A DNA stretch of 51,194 nt, from the NCBI GenBank assembly GCA_964460545.1, contig CAYWUT010000007.1:1-51194 (forward strand), read 5' to 3'. A program made the translations under genes and the position numbers. This stretch comes from an uncultured Spirochaetota bacterium (GTDB lineage Bacteria; Spirochaetota; B62-G9; DRHN01). Below, piece after piece: positions 1-9,733 of the stretch; within the stretch, counting starts at the first letter, position 1, and every line of letters starts with the position of its first letter. The notes under the pieces were generated by a model. The model did no database searches. It was not told the DNA's origin and saw nothing but the letters and a program-made list of their open reading frames with translations.

Positions 1-89
1 CTTAAGTATGTGAAAGCTCTACATCCTGCATATTTCTTGAAACTCGAATCAGGCAATTGCTTTATTTTTCGATTGTGAAAGGAGGGGGA

Positions 90-641
90 ATGCTGTCTGA
101 GCTCATACGGAAGAGGAGAGCGTACCGATCGCTGAAGCCGGTGCGCATTACGAATGACATGGTTGAGGATATGGCGGAAAACGCCGGGCTTTCGGCTTCC
201 TGTTTTAACAACCAGCCCTGGCGTTACGTGTTCGTGTACGGGAAGGAGAAGCTTGCGGAGTTGAAGGAGGCACTGGCGAGAGGAAACGCGTGGGCGAGGA
301 AGGCTTCGCTTATCATTGCCGTTTGCAGCGCCAAAGAAATGGACTGCAGTATAAAGGGGAGGGACTACTACCTGTTTGATACGGGAATGGCAACGGCTTT
401 TATTCTGCTCCGGGCCGTGGAAATGGGACTTGTCGCCCATCCGATTGCCGGTTTTAACGAGGAATCCGTAAAGGAAATCCTGGCCGTGCCCGCTGAAATG
501 CAGGTAATAACACTGGTCATCGTCGGCAGACACGCCGATGAAATCGATCCGGACCTTTCCGAGCAGCAGGCTGCGAGTGAGAAGGAAAGACCCGAACGCC
601 TGCGGCTCGAAGATTATGTCTTTATCGATACGTGCGCTTAA
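90..641 (+). CDS. Nitroreductase family (FMN-dependent) protein
   Basis: RRAYR, SASCFNNQPWRYVFV and DTGMATAFILLRAVEMGL motifs typical of the nitroreductase fold; ATG 90 follows GGAGG (track start TTG 57 not preferred). Confidence 0.85.
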   Translation: MLSELIRKRRAYRSLKPVRITNDMVEDMAENAGLSASCFNNQPWRYVFVYGKEKLAELKEALARGNAWARKASLIIAVCSAKEMDCSIKGRDYYLFDTGMATAFILLRAVEMGLVAHPIAGFNEESVKEILAVPAEMQVITLVIVGRHADEIDPDLSEQQAASEKERPERLRLEDYVFIDTCA

Positions 642-646
642 TGTTC

Positions 647-1108
647 TCAATCCTGGGTCAGGATGTCGTCATCATAGAGACGCTCGAAGTAGAGCTTGTG
701 CCTGCTCTCCTCGGATGCGAGCTTCTGGAATAGAACACGCATGTCCGGATCCATGGTTCTGCCCGCGAGATCACTGTACAGTTTAAGCGAAGCCTCTTCC
801 CTCTTCATTGCCGTGATGAGAATATCCTGATAGGGCATGCTCCCGGACACTTCCACAGAGACCGTATAATCGCTGATGTGCAGATCCTTAATCCGGGGTA
901 TGTCGATTTCCTCGACCACTCCTTTTCCTATGTTCTCCAGAATGGTGATATGGCCGATCTCCATGAGCTCGAATTCGCGGATAAGCTTCTTTTTATCCGA
1001 GAAGGAAGCCTCCTTCCCGAGATTCCGGTAGAATTCGACAGCCTCTTTTTCCCTTTCAATGGCGAAATTGATGATCTCCCTGAACCTTTCTCCAATACTG
1101 CCTTCCAC
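647..1108 (-). CDS. Ferritin-like diiron protein, rubrerythrin family, without a rubredoxin domain
   Basis: Two E..E-x-x-H repeats (EREKEAVEFY...EIGH; KREEASLKLY...EESRH); GTG 1108 follows GAGGT, alternative TTG 1123. Confidence 0.8.
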   Translation of the reverse strand: MEGSIGERFREIINFAIEREKEAVEFYRNLGKEASFSDKKKLIREFELMEIGHITILENIGKGVVEEIDIPRIKDLHISDYTVSVEVSGSMPYQDILITAMKREEASLKLYSDLAGRTMDPDMRVLFQKLASEESRHKLYFERLYDDDILTQD

Positions 1109-1157
1109 TTTAAATAACCTCAACTTTTTGAATTTAAAACGGTGGATTTATGGTTTT

Positions 1158-1319
1158 CTAACTTTCCGGAGAGAACGCGTCCTTTCCTGCACCGCATTCA
1201 GGGCACACCCAGTCGTCCGGAATATCTTCGAATGAAGTCCCGGGATCGATTCCTCCATCGGGGTCACCCGCGGCGGGGTCGTAAACGTAACCGCATACAT
1301 CGCACACATACTTTTTCAT
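1158..1319 (-). CDS. rub: Rubredoxin (53 aa), absent from the ORF track
   Basis: Manual translation [53 protein letters not shown]; two CxxCG knuckles; AGGAG RBS at 1326-1330. Confidence 0.97.
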   Translation of the reverse strand: MKKYVCDVCGYVYDPAAGDPDGGIDPGTSFEDIPDDWVCPECGAGKDAFSPES

Positions 1320-1395
1320 TCTGTTCTCCTTGAGTTGATATAGGCGGAGGATCTTTCCGAAATATGAAATCCGGCCCGATTCACCACCCGTTTAA

Positions 1396-1857
1396 TTACT
1401 TCTCTATTTCGAGTGTCAGGACGAGGTCACCGGGATCGAGCCTGAAATTGGAACCTTTCCCCTCGTAGAATCCGTGTTTCCCCACGAGATGTATGTGAAG
1501 ATCCGTATAAGTTATCTCTCTTCCCAGGCGCAGGTTTCGTACCGTGATGTTCGTTTTCGGGAAGACGCCCGGTCCGCCGAACGGGCTGGGAAGTTTTCCC
1601 CGCACCGAGTCCACACGTACCTCGAAATGCGGAGGTACCTTTATGACGTTGCCGAGTCCCCGTTTCCCCGCGTCCCGGAGCTCGGTCATGCGCGCAGCTA
1701 TTCGTTCATGCGTCAGGTCCATGCGCTTCACCGCGGCGTCGTCCTCCATCAGTATATCGACGAGGTTCCTCCTGTCCGTGCCGAGAAAACCGTCTCGGGT
1801 TATGATCCCGGGTTTCATTTTCTCTTGTATCTCCTGCATTTGAACCGTCTGCTTCAT
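1396..1857 (-). CDS. Hypothetical soluble protein (153 aa) downstream of nqrF-like gene
   Basis: Clean ORF with GAGAGG RBS and natural composition; His-rich DLHIHLVGKHGFYEG segment; no family recognised. Confidence 0.75.
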   Translation of the reverse strand: MKQTVQMQEIQEKMKPGIITRDGFLGTDRRNLVDILMEDDAAVKRMDLTHERIAARMTELRDAGKRGLGNVIKVPPHFEVRVDSVRGKLPSPFGGPGVFPKTNITVRNLRLGREITYTDLHIHLVGKHGFYEGKGSNFRLDPGDLVLTLEIEK

Positions 1858-1938
1858 TCGGAATACCTCTCTCGCGGGCCGAGCGGATCTTTTAACGGGA
1901 CCGGCGTTGCTTTCCGGGTTCCCCCGTGCCTGCCCGCA

Positions 1939-3048
1939 TCAGGCGAATTTATCGTAGTATATAAGTTCCTCCGGAATCCCCTTGTCCAACAGCACCTTGA
2001 CCGTGGCGTCTATCATGCCCGGACTGCCGCAGAGATACGCCTCGAGGTTGTCGCCCGATTTTACGTGCTTGCTCAGGACCTCCGTAATGAGCCCCGTTTC
2101 GCCCTTCCAGTTGTCCTCGGGCTGCGGATCGGAAAGGGCGGGTATGAAGGTGAAACCGGGGAGACGGGTTTCCAGGTCTTTCATCTCATCCAGGAGGAAG
2201 AGGTCCCGCACCGCCCGGGCGCCGAAGAAATAGCGCGCCTTTCTAGGATTTTCCCGCTCCGCCATGGTATAGAGTATCGACTTGATGGGCGCCATGCCTG
2301 AACCGCCGGCGATGAAAACGATATCCCGGTCGGTTTCCCGAAGGAAAAACTCGCCGTACGGCCCGTTGACAATGACTTTGTCGCCCTCCCGCAGGTGTTC
2401 GAAAACGTAGGTTGTGCATATGCCGTTCGGAACGAGGCGGACCTCGAGCTCGATCTCGTTTCCGCGGGAAGGCTGGGAGGACATGGAATAGGCCCGGTAA
2501 ACGGATTCCGGGGTAAGCTCGTACTCGGGCACCTGGAACTGTATGTACTGTCCGGGTCTATAGCTGATGGTATCGGGCTCCACGAGCTTCAGGGTCACCT
2601 GTTTGATGTCATAGGTGAGGTCCACGAGGGAGGCTACTTCCGTGACGTATTCCCGCACGTTGAAGAGCTCTTCCGGTATCCTGATGCTGATGTCTTTTTT
2701 CAGCTTGAGCTGGCACGAAAGGCGGATGTTTTCAGCTTTTTCCTCATCCGATATCCAGGGGAGCTCGGTAGGGAGGTAGTCGCCGACGTCGGACGTGACC
2801 TTTACCTTGCACAGCCCGCACGACCCCCTTCCTCCGCACGCGGAGGGGATGAAGATTTTCTCCTCCATGAGCGACCCGAGCAGGGGTTTCCCTCCCGCCA
2901 CGGTTACCTGCTTCTCATCGTTGATCGTCACCGTGACGTCTCCGTAATTGGCGATAGTCGCGTCCGCAATGACCATGAGCACGGCGAGAAAGGTCGAAAC
3001 TCCGCATATCGCTCCGATACCGATCAACAGCTGTGCGGCGGCTCCCAT
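1939..3048 (-). CDS. nqrF: NqrF-like NADH:2Fe-2S/FAD oxidoreductase with N-terminal membrane anchor
   Basis: N-terminal TM helix; CGGRGSCGLC...RLSCQ 2Fe-2S motif; RAYS FAD motif; AGGSGMAP, FGAR, YLCGSPGM and C-terminal DKF NAD-binding FNR motifs. Confidence 0.85.
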   Translation of the reverse strand: MGAAAQLLIGIGAICGVSTFLAVLMVIADATIANYGDVTVTINDEKQVTVAGGKPLLGSLMEEKIFIPSACGGRGSCGLCKVKVTSDVGDYLPTELPWISDEEKAENIRLSCQLKLKKDISIRIPEELFNVREYVTEVASLVDLTYDIKQVTLKLVEPDTISYRPGQYIQFQVPEYELTPESVYRAYSMSSQPSRGNEIELEVRLVPNGICTTYVFEHLREGDKVIVNGPYGEFFLRETDRDIVFIAGGSGMAPIKSILYTMAERENPRKARYFFGARAVRDLFLLDEMKDLETRLPGFTFIPALSDPQPEDNWKGETGLITEVLSKHVKSGDNLEAYLCGSPGMIDATVKVLLDKGIPEELIYYDKFA

Positions 3049-3072
3049 ATGTCCTCCATGGATTACGCTAGG

Positions 3073-3666
3073 TTATGTTATTTTGATCATACCCGAGAAG
3101 CCCATGAATGCAAGGGCCATAATTCCCGCTATGATGAGCGTTATCCCCGCGCCCGCGAGGCCCTTGGGCACGCGAGAACGGACCATCTTCTGGCGGATGC
3201 CGGCCATGGCCATGATGGCGAGCGCCCACCCGATGCCGCTTCCGAGCCCGTAAAAGAGCGAGTTGACGAAGGTGTAGTTTCTGATAACCATGAAAAGGCT
3301 GACGCCGAGTATGGCGCAGTTCACGGTGATGAGGGGCAGAAATATACCGAGCGCGGCGTAGAGCTTGTCCGATACCCGTTCTATTACCATTTCAACGAGC
3401 TGCACGAATGCCGCGATGATCACGATGAACACGATGTATCGGATATAAACGAGATCGAGAGGAACGAGTATATAGCGGTAGGCGAGCCAGTTGAGAACGG
3501 ACGTTGCCGTCATGACGAATACCACGGCCGTGCCGAGGCCCGCGGAGGTGCTCACTTCACGCGATACGGCGAGAAAGGAGCACATGCCCAGATAATTGGT
3601 CAGCAGGATGTTGTTCGTGAAAATCGCGGCGAAAAATATGGCGTAGAAAGCGACCTGTCCGTTCAT
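3073..3666 (-). CDS. nqrE: NqrE/RnfA family membrane subunit
   Basis: NNILL..YLGMCSFL and FLPLITVNCAILG motifs; ATG 3666 overlaps the upstream TGA (ATGA coupling); real gene lies within track ORF 3073..4152. Confidence 0.88.
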   Translation of the reverse strand: MNGQVAFYAIFFAAIFTNNILLTNYLGMCSFLAVSREVSTSAGLGTAVVFVMTATSVLNWLAYRYILVPLDLVYIRYIVFIVIIAAFVQLVEMVIERVSDKLYAALGIFLPLITVNCAILGVSLFMVIRNYTFVNSLFYGLGSGIGWALAIMAMAGIRQKMVRSRVPKGLAGAGITLIIAGIMALAFMGFSGMIKIT

Positions 3667-4280
3667 TTTTTTCCCTTTTCCTCCTTTCTCGCGTTGTATC
3701 CCTTGACGACCCAGATGAAGATGGCGAGCATGAAAAAAGCCCCGGGAGCCATGATCATGATGGACCAGTTGATCCACCAGTCTCCGAGAACGGTGAATCC
3801 CCATATGGAGCCCGACCCGAGGAGCTCCCTGAGGAAGGCGATGATGAGAAGCACGTACGAATAGCCGAGCCCGGAAGCGACACCGTCGAGAAATGAGAGG
3901 CCCGGCGGATTCGACAGGGCGAAGGCCTCGGCCCGTCCCATGATGATGCAGTTCGTAATAATGAGACCCACGTAGGGGCCGAGCTGCCGCGAAACGTCGG
4001 GCATGTACGCCTTGAGTACAATGTCCACGATGATGACATAGGATGCGATGATCAGGGTTTCGACCATCATCCGTATGCGCGAGGGGATGTACCGACGCAT
4101 CAGGGATATGGTGAAATTGGAGAGGCCGGTCACGAATATGAGGCCGACGCACATCACCACCGTGTTCTTCAGCACGTTCGTGACCGCCAGGGTGGAACAG
4201 ATACCGAGAATCTGCGCGAACACGGGATTGTTCGCTCCCAGGTCGTCGGTAAATACTTTCTTGATTTTGAATGCCTCCAT
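3663..4280 (-). CDS. nqrD: NqrD/RnfE family membrane subunit
   Basis: NNPVFAQILGICSTLAVT, IPSRIR, GLIITNCIIMGRAEAFA, APGAFF motifs; AGGAG RBS before ATG 4280. Confidence 0.88.
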   Translation of the reverse strand: MEAFKIKKVFTDDLGANNPVFAQILGICSTLAVTNVLKNTVVMCVGLIFVTGLSNFTISLMRRYIPSRIRMMVETLIIASYVIIVDIVLKAYMPDVSRQLGPYVGLIITNCIIMGRAEAFALSNPPGLSFLDGVASGLGYSYVLLIIAFLRELLGSGSIWGFTVLGDWWINWSIMIMAPGAFFMLAIFIWVVKGYNARKEEKGKK

Positions 4281-4388
4281 GGAAACTCCTTCAGGCGGGG
4301 ATTCCCGCGACGGCCGTTTGTTTCGAAGCCGTGCCGCCCTGCGTTTCACTCGCACGCGGACGCCGTTGCGGACGCCTTTGCGTGTGCA

Positions 4389-5021
4389 TTACTCGTCCTT
4401 GAACGCCACCTTTACCCTCTCCAGGCCGGTGTTCATGATATACTCAACGGCGGCGGTCGAGTAGGTAGCGCCGGTGATAGCCTGGAATTCACCTTCATCC
4501 GTCTCATCGCCCTCCGCCACCGAAATGAGGGGAGGTTTCTTCCCGATGAACTGGTCTTTAAACCACTTCTCCGATATTCTTCCGCCCAATCCGGGTGTTT
4601 CGTTCTGGTCTATGACCTCGAATCCGGTGCACGTCTCCAAACGGCTGTCGTATCCGATGATGCACGTGATGTCCCCCCAGAGACCGGGGCCGGTGATATT
4701 CAGCACGTAACTTTGAACGGCCGACCCGTCCGGGCTCGTGACCTCATACAAAAGCTCCCCCGCCGCGCTGACTTCCCTTACGCGGCTGTTATACAGTCCG
4801 TCCACCTCCCGAGGGTCCTCGGGGGCCGCGATTCCTCCGCTCTCCAGCACCGCGCGCTTCAGCTTGATCGTTTCGTTCAGCTTGATCGTATCCTTGGTCA
4901 CCGTGTAGATCACGCTCGTAATTGAGATGAAAACGAGCGTGATCACGAGCATGAACAGAATGGGGAAAAGCCTCTTTCCGGCACGTCCCTCTTTTTTCTT
5001 ATTTTGCGCCGCATCGCTCAT
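4389..5021 (-). CDS. nqrC: NqrC/RnfG family FMN-binding subunit
   Basis: One N-terminal TM helix; GPGLWG, ETPGLG and ITGATYS (flavinylated Thr) motifs; ATGA coupling to upstream gene. Confidence 0.88.
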   Translation of the reverse strand: MSDAAQNKKKEGRAGKRLFPILFMLVITLVFISITSVIYTVTKDTIKLNETIKLKRAVLESGGIAAPEDPREVDGLYNSRVREVSAAGELLYEVTSPDGSAVQSYVLNITGPGLWGDITCIIGYDSRLETCTGFEVIDQNETPGLGGRISEKWFKDQFIGKKPPLISVAEGDETDEGEFQAITGATYSTAAVEYIMNTGLERVKVAFKDE

Positions 5022-5983
5022 TTCGCATTCCCCCGGCTCTTCGACTTCTTCATGTAGTAATCGAGGAGGGGCGCGAACATGTTCGTCGTGAGAATCGCAA
5101 ACATGACCCCTCCGGGCCAGATGGAGAACGATCTGATGATAACGGTCAGGATCCCTATGACGCTCCCGTAAATCCACCGCCCCGTATTCGTCGTCTGGGA
5201 CGCTGAAACCGGATCGGTCGCCATGTAGAGCATGCCGATCATATAGCCGCCTCCCAGTACGGCGCTGACCGTATCGATCACCCCGGGTGCCCCCGAGAGC
5301 CGGAGCACCGTATTCAGCGCGATGGTTGACGCGAAGGCGGACACAACGATTCTGTAGTTGGCATACTTTTTAATCATCAGGTAGAGTCCGCCGAGCAGGA
5401 GGAGCAGAGCGCTCGTTTCACCGAGGCAGCCGGAGATGTTTCCGAAAATGAGGTTGATGCGGTCCACGGGCGAGCCCCCCGCGATTACGGCCATGGGAGT
5501 GGCCGAGCTGACCGCATCGGAGATAAAGGTCCCGAAACCCCCGGGAATTCCTCCAATCGGGTCGAGCCAGCCTCCGTTCATCCAGCCCCCGAAGCTTATG
5601 TAGATGAACGCGCGTCCGGTCAGGGCCGGATTGAAAATGTTCCTCCCGAACCCGCCGAAGGCCATCTTGCCGAGGGCTATGCCGAAAACAATTCCCACTA
5701 CGGCCATCCACACGGGAAGGGACGGGGGAAGGGAAAGGGTGAAGAGCATGGATGAAACGAAGACCGCCGAAGATACGGGCTCCCTGTAGTAGGCCCGCAG
5801 AAAGACGTACTCCGTGAGGAAACCGGCGACCGCCACAACCGTGATGAGGAGAAGGCTCCTCCACCCGAAGAAGTATATGGAGGCCAGTGAAGGGGCTATG
5901 AGCGCGTACAACACTCCCACGTTCGACTTTTGCCACCGTATGAGCTTCTGTTTTTTCTTTTCGGCCTGCGGTTCTTTTCCCAT
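5018..5983 (-). CDS. nqrB: NqrB/RnfD family membrane subunit (321 aa, RnfD-length)
   Basis: FGGFGRNIFNPALTGRAF, DAVSSATP (FMN-Thr), GCLGETS, MATDPVS and NMFAPLLD motifs. Confidence 0.88.
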   Translation of the reverse strand: MGKEPQAEKKKQKLIRWQKSNVGVLYALIAPSLASIYFFGWRSLLLITVVAVAGFLTEYVFLRAYYREPVSSAVFVSSMLFTLSLPPSLPVWMAVVGIVFGIALGKMAFGGFGRNIFNPALTGRAFIYISFGGWMNGGWLDPIGGIPGGFGTFISDAVSSATPMAVIAGGSPVDRINLIFGNISGCLGETSALLLLLGGLYLMIKKYANYRIVVSAFASTIALNTVLRLSGAPGVIDTVSAVLGGGYMIGMLYMATDPVSASQTTNTGRWIYGSVIGILTVIIRSFSIWPGGVMFAILTTNMFAPLLDYYMKKSKSRGNAK

Positions 5984-6281
5984 GGTACGCCTTTTCTTTA
6001 TTAAATAAATTAATGTCTCGAAGGATTGTGGCATACAAACCGTTCGCAATCATCGAGACGGCCGGCTGCACTTGGAAATACCCGTATGTTCGGGTTGGAG
6101 GATTTTCCGAAAATAATCTATCACGGAGAGCCGTGATGTCTTTCAAGAAAAAAATAAAGCTGTTATTCCTTTACAATAAAACGGTTCGCGTACGGAGATA
6201 ATGTTTTTTTTGATTACAGTTTTACCCTAACACGGTGCTGGGAGTTTCGCAACCGGAAACAGGAAGAGGGTGGAAGTCCCG

Positions 6282-7070
6282 TTATGGTAACGGATCTATA
6301 TCCGTGATGAGGATTAGCCGACCGCGCGGCCGGACGAGCCGCGCCGGAAATGACGGTTCGAGCTCGGCGGGATTGAGCAGCCTTTTGAGCACCTCCGATT
6401 TGGATTCACCGGATACGAGAAATATGACCATGCGCGCCGCGTTGATGAGGGGAAGCGTGATGCTGACCCTGTTTTTTACCGGTGCGTAATCGGGGGCCGT
6501 TACGGGTATGAAAAACCGCCCGTCTTCCTCGGTGGGATTTCCCGGATAAAGCGAGGCCGTATGACCGTCATCTCCCACCCCGAGGAGGATGACGTCGAAT
6601 GCGGGATAGGGGAGGCCGCCGGTTTTCTCTCCTGTCCCGGGTTCTTGGTCCACTGACGGGTTCCGGTCTGAAAAAAAAGTCCTGATGGTTTCTTCGTATG
6701 CCGCCGCGGCCGCACGGTTCGAGGAGAGCCCGGTCGGGACCGGGAAGATGTTTTCGTTTTTTATCGGGACCCGCGACAGCAGGAGGTCGAAAGCGGCAGA
6801 TGCATTGGACTTCGGATCGTCAAGCGGAACGCATCGTTCATCCCCCCAGAATATGGAAGTCCTGTCCCAGGGAAACCCCTCAGGATGTTCTGCGAGCTCC
6901 CGAAAGAGTATTTTCGGCGTACTGCCCCCTGAAAGCACGAGGGTGAAGGTACCGCGCCGCGCCACCGATTCGTTCGCGGCCTTTTCCATGATGCCCGCCG
7001 CGCGAGCGGCCATATCGCCGCTGCTGGTGCACGAAAAAACCTCGATGGGGTCCTTCCGTCCGTTACACAT
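6282..7070 (-). CDS. pgl: 6-phosphogluconolactonase
   Basis: [37 protein letters not shown]; ATG 7070 overlaps the zwf end by 8 bp. Confidence 0.93.
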   Translation of the reverse strand: MCNGRKDPIEVFSCTSSGDMAARAAGIMEKAANESVARRGTFTLVLSGGSTPKILFRELAEHPEGFPWDRTSIFWGDERCVPLDDPKSNASAAFDLLLSRVPIKNENIFPVPTGLSSNRAAAAAYEETIRTFFSDRNPSVDQEPGTGEKTGGLPYPAFDVILLGVGDDGHTASLYPGNPTEEDGRFFIPVTAPDYAPVKNRVSITLPLINAARMVIFLVSGESKSEVLKRLLNPAELEPSFPARLVRPRGRLILITDIDPLP

Positions 7071-8607
7071 ATATCCAGTCCCTCCCGTCCCTATCGAGCA
7101 GTTTCTCCGATTCCGCGGGGCCCCAGGACCCGGCAGGATAGGTGAGGATTCGCGCCGCGTTTTTATTTTCTTCGCTCTCCCAGCTCTCGAGTACCGGTGT
7201 GATGAGAGACCATGAGACCCGCATATCGTCGTGCCGTATGAAAAGGGTCTGGTCTCCAAGCATGGAATCGAGCAGGAGGCGCTCGTACGCCTCGGGGAGT
7301 CCTTCCGTGATTACGTCGCTGTAGTGAAAGTCCATTTCAAGGGTATCCATGCACAGTTTCGGGCCGGGATGCTTGGCCTGTATGGCGAGCGATATTCCCT
7401 CCTCGGGCTGAACCCTGAAGATAAGGATATTGGGATTCAGGTCGTCTGAGGTGAGCGGGCGAAACATGGAATGGGGTACGGGTTTGAAAGTTACGATAAT
7501 CTTGCTCGTTCTACGGGCCAGGCGCTTGCCCGCACGCAGGTAGAAGGGGACGCCCTGCCATCGCCAGTTATCCACCATGACACGGGCCGCGACGAATGTC
7601 TCGATCCTGGAATCCGGATTTACACCCTCCTCGTCCCGGTAACCGGGTACCGATTCGCCGTTTACCTTTCCGGTAACGTACTGCGCGCGGACGAGGTCTT
7701 CCGTACCGTCCCCGCCAAGCGGTCGCACTGCCCTGAGAAGCTTCACTTTCTCGTCGCGCACCCGGTCCGCGTCGAAGGAAATGGGATGTTCCATGGTTAC
7801 GAGGGAAAGCATCTGGAGCATGTGGTTCTGGAACATGTCTCGCAGAAGCCCGGCCTGCTCGAAGTAGCCGGCGCGATGGCCGACGCCGTCGGATTCGGCG
7901 ACCGTGATCTGGACATTGTCGATATACCTTCGGTTCCAGATCGGCTCGAATATGGCGTTCGCGAACCGGAAGAGGAGTATGTTCTGCACCGTGTCCTTGC
8001 CCAGGTAATGGTCAATCCTGTATATCTGCCTTTCCGAGAGGACCTCGTTGAGTGAGCGGTCGAGCTCCATTGCGCTTGTCAGATCCCTGCCGAAGGGTTT
8101 CTCAACGATCACGCGTGCCTCGATGAGGGGCCCCGAGTCGTCGATCGTGAGGCGGGAGTTTCCCAGCCCCTCAATGATCTTCAGGTTGACGCCCGGAGGG
8201 GTCGCGAGATAGAAGATGTGGTTCCTCTCTGGAAGGCAGCGTTTGTCGAGCGTTTTAAGACGAGACCCGATGTCCCTGAAGAGCGAGGGGTCGCCGTAGT
8301 CTCCTGAAACGTAGAAACAGCGGTCAATGAACGGTTTGAGCTCGGATTCGCCCGCGTTCTGAGATTTTATCAACGCCTCCCGCGCCCGCTCCCTGAAGGT
8401 TTCGTCGGTGAGCCTGCTTCTTGCGCAGCCGAGAATGTAGAACTTGCCGGGTAAAAGTTTTTTTCTATACAGGTTAAAGAGCGAGGGGATGAGCTTCCTG
8501 GAGGTAAGGTCCCCGGACGCGCCGAAAATGACGAATCCCGCGGGTTTGGGGATCTCCTCCACGCAGAAGGAGCCCCTGATTTTTACGGAGCCGTGCATGG
8601 GATCCAT
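7063..8607 (-). CDS. zwf: Glucose-6-phosphate 1-dehydrogenase
   Basis: [50 protein letters not shown]. Confidence 0.97.
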   Translation of the reverse strand: MDPMHGSVKIRGSFCVEEIPKPAGFVIFGASGDLTSRKLIPSLFNLYRKKLLPGKFYILGCARSRLTDETFRERAREALIKSQNAGESELKPFIDRCFYVSGDYGDPSLFRDIGSRLKTLDKRCLPERNHIFYLATPPGVNLKIIEGLGNSRLTIDDSGPLIEARVIVEKPFGRDLTSAMELDRSLNEVLSERQIYRIDHYLGKDTVQNILLFRFANAIFEPIWNRRYIDNVQITVAESDGVGHRAGYFEQAGLLRDMFQNHMLQMLSLVTMEHPISFDADRVRDEKVKLLRAVRPLGGDGTEDLVRAQYVTGKVNGESVPGYRDEEGVNPDSRIETFVAARVMVDNWRWQGVPFYLRAGKRLARRTSKIIVTFKPVPHSMFRPLTSDDLNPNILIFRVQPEEGISLAIQAKHPGPKLCMDTLEMDFHYSDVITEGLPEAYERLLLDSMLGDQTLFIRHDDMRVSWSLITPVLESWESEENKNAARILTYPAGSWGPAESEKLLDRDGRDWIYV

Positions 8608-8629
8608 AGGAGTTCTCCGGAGGGATTGA

Positions 8630-9538
8630 TTACTCGTCAGCCGATCTCGTATCGTGACCGCCGAACTCTTTCCTGAGCGCAGCGAGCAGCCGGTCGGAGA
8701 AGAGATTGGGATTCCGGGATTGGAAGCGCTTGAACAGGGCATGGGCGATGGTGGTCGCGGGCACACCCGTTTCCACGGCCTGCTGAACCGTCCATCGTCC
8801 CTCGCCCGAGTCGTCGACGAAACCCCGTATCTTATTCAGACCCGGGTCATTCCGAAACGCCGTCTCCAGCAACTCGAGCAGCCAGGAGCGGATAACGCTC
8901 CCCTGGTTCCAGAGATGTGCGATCTTCTGATGATCGAGTGTCTCCTTATACGGTGAAGCGTCCAGTATCTCAAAACCTTCTCCGTACGCCTCCATGAGCG
9001 CGTACTCGATACCGTTGTGAACCATCTTGACGAAATGTCCCGCGCCTGAGGGGCCGCAGTAGAGGTAGCCGCCCTCGGGGGCGAGCGATTTGAACAGGGG
9101 CTCGACACGTTCGAAATCCTCTTTATTACCGCCCACCATGGTACAGTACCCGAGCTGAAGCCCCCATATTCCGCCCGAGATGCCGGCGTCCATGTAACGG
9201 ATGCCGATATGCTTCAATTCTAGCAACCGCCGCATATCGTCCTTGTAATAGGTGTTTCCGCCGTCTATGATAAGGTCTCCCTCGGTGAGGAAGGTGGAGA
9301 GCTTGCGTATGTACGTATCGGTTACCTCGCCGGCCGGAAGCATCACGAGCACGGTTCGGGGAAGATCGAGCTTCTCCACGAGCTCCTCCACCGATGAAGA
9401 GGGAACGGCGCCCTCCTTTGCCGCGGATTCGACCTTTTCCCCGGTACGGTTGTACACAACGACCGTATGCCCCCCCTGGAGGAGACGGCGGGTCATGTTG
9501 AACCCCATTCTGCCGAGACCGATGATTCCAATCTGCAT
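8630..9538 (-). CDS. gnd: 6-phosphogluconate dehydrogenase, decarboxylating (short type)
   Basis: [46 protein letters not shown]. Confidence 0.96.
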   Translation of the reverse strand: MQIGIIGLGRMGFNMTRRLLQGGHTVVVYNRTGEKVESAAKEGAVPSSSVEELVEKLDLPRTVLVMLPAGEVTDTYIRKLSTFLTEGDLIIDGGNTYYKDDMRRLLELKHIGIRYMDAGISGGIWGLQLGYCTMVGGNKEDFERVEPLFKSLAPEGGYLYCGPSGAGHFVKMVHNGIEYALMEAYGEGFEILDASPYKETLDHQKIAHLWNQGSVIRSWLLELLETAFRNDPGLNKIRGFVDDSGEGRWTVQQAVETGVPATTIAHALFKRFQSRNPNLFSDRLLAALRKEFGGHDTRSADE

Positions 9539-9690
9539 GATGGTACCCCGTGTGGAGCGTTTTATTAAGAATACAATATACAGTATCGCTCTTATTATTC
9601 AAGGTTATATTGCGGAAATTTATCCCTTCTGTTCAAATCTCCGGGGGATGAACCCGGGGCCCCGCCGGTTTAAGTCCCTGCCTAATAGGG

Positions 9691-9718
9691 TTGACAACCT
9701 CGGGCGGTATTGTAATAT
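9691..9718 (+). promoter_or_regulatory. Sigma70-type promoter of tRNA-Arg
   Basis: TTGACA (9691-9696), 16 nt, TAATAT (9713-9718), just upstream of the tRNA. Confidence 0.7.
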
Positions 9719-9733
9719 TAAGGTCAGAAAAAA

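Noticed and set aside
2395-3864. 489-aa plus-strand ORF
   Set aside because: Antisense shadow of nqrF/E/D-like genes; no motifs. The same applies to 1474..2301, 19205..20308, 20929..21849, 35726..36706, 47113..47865, 48860..49672 and similar ORFs
6161-6175. TGTTA-N5-TTACA as a Rex or CRP site upstream of the nqr-like operon
   Set aside because: Spacing is 1 nt short of the 16-bp cores and the arms are mismatched
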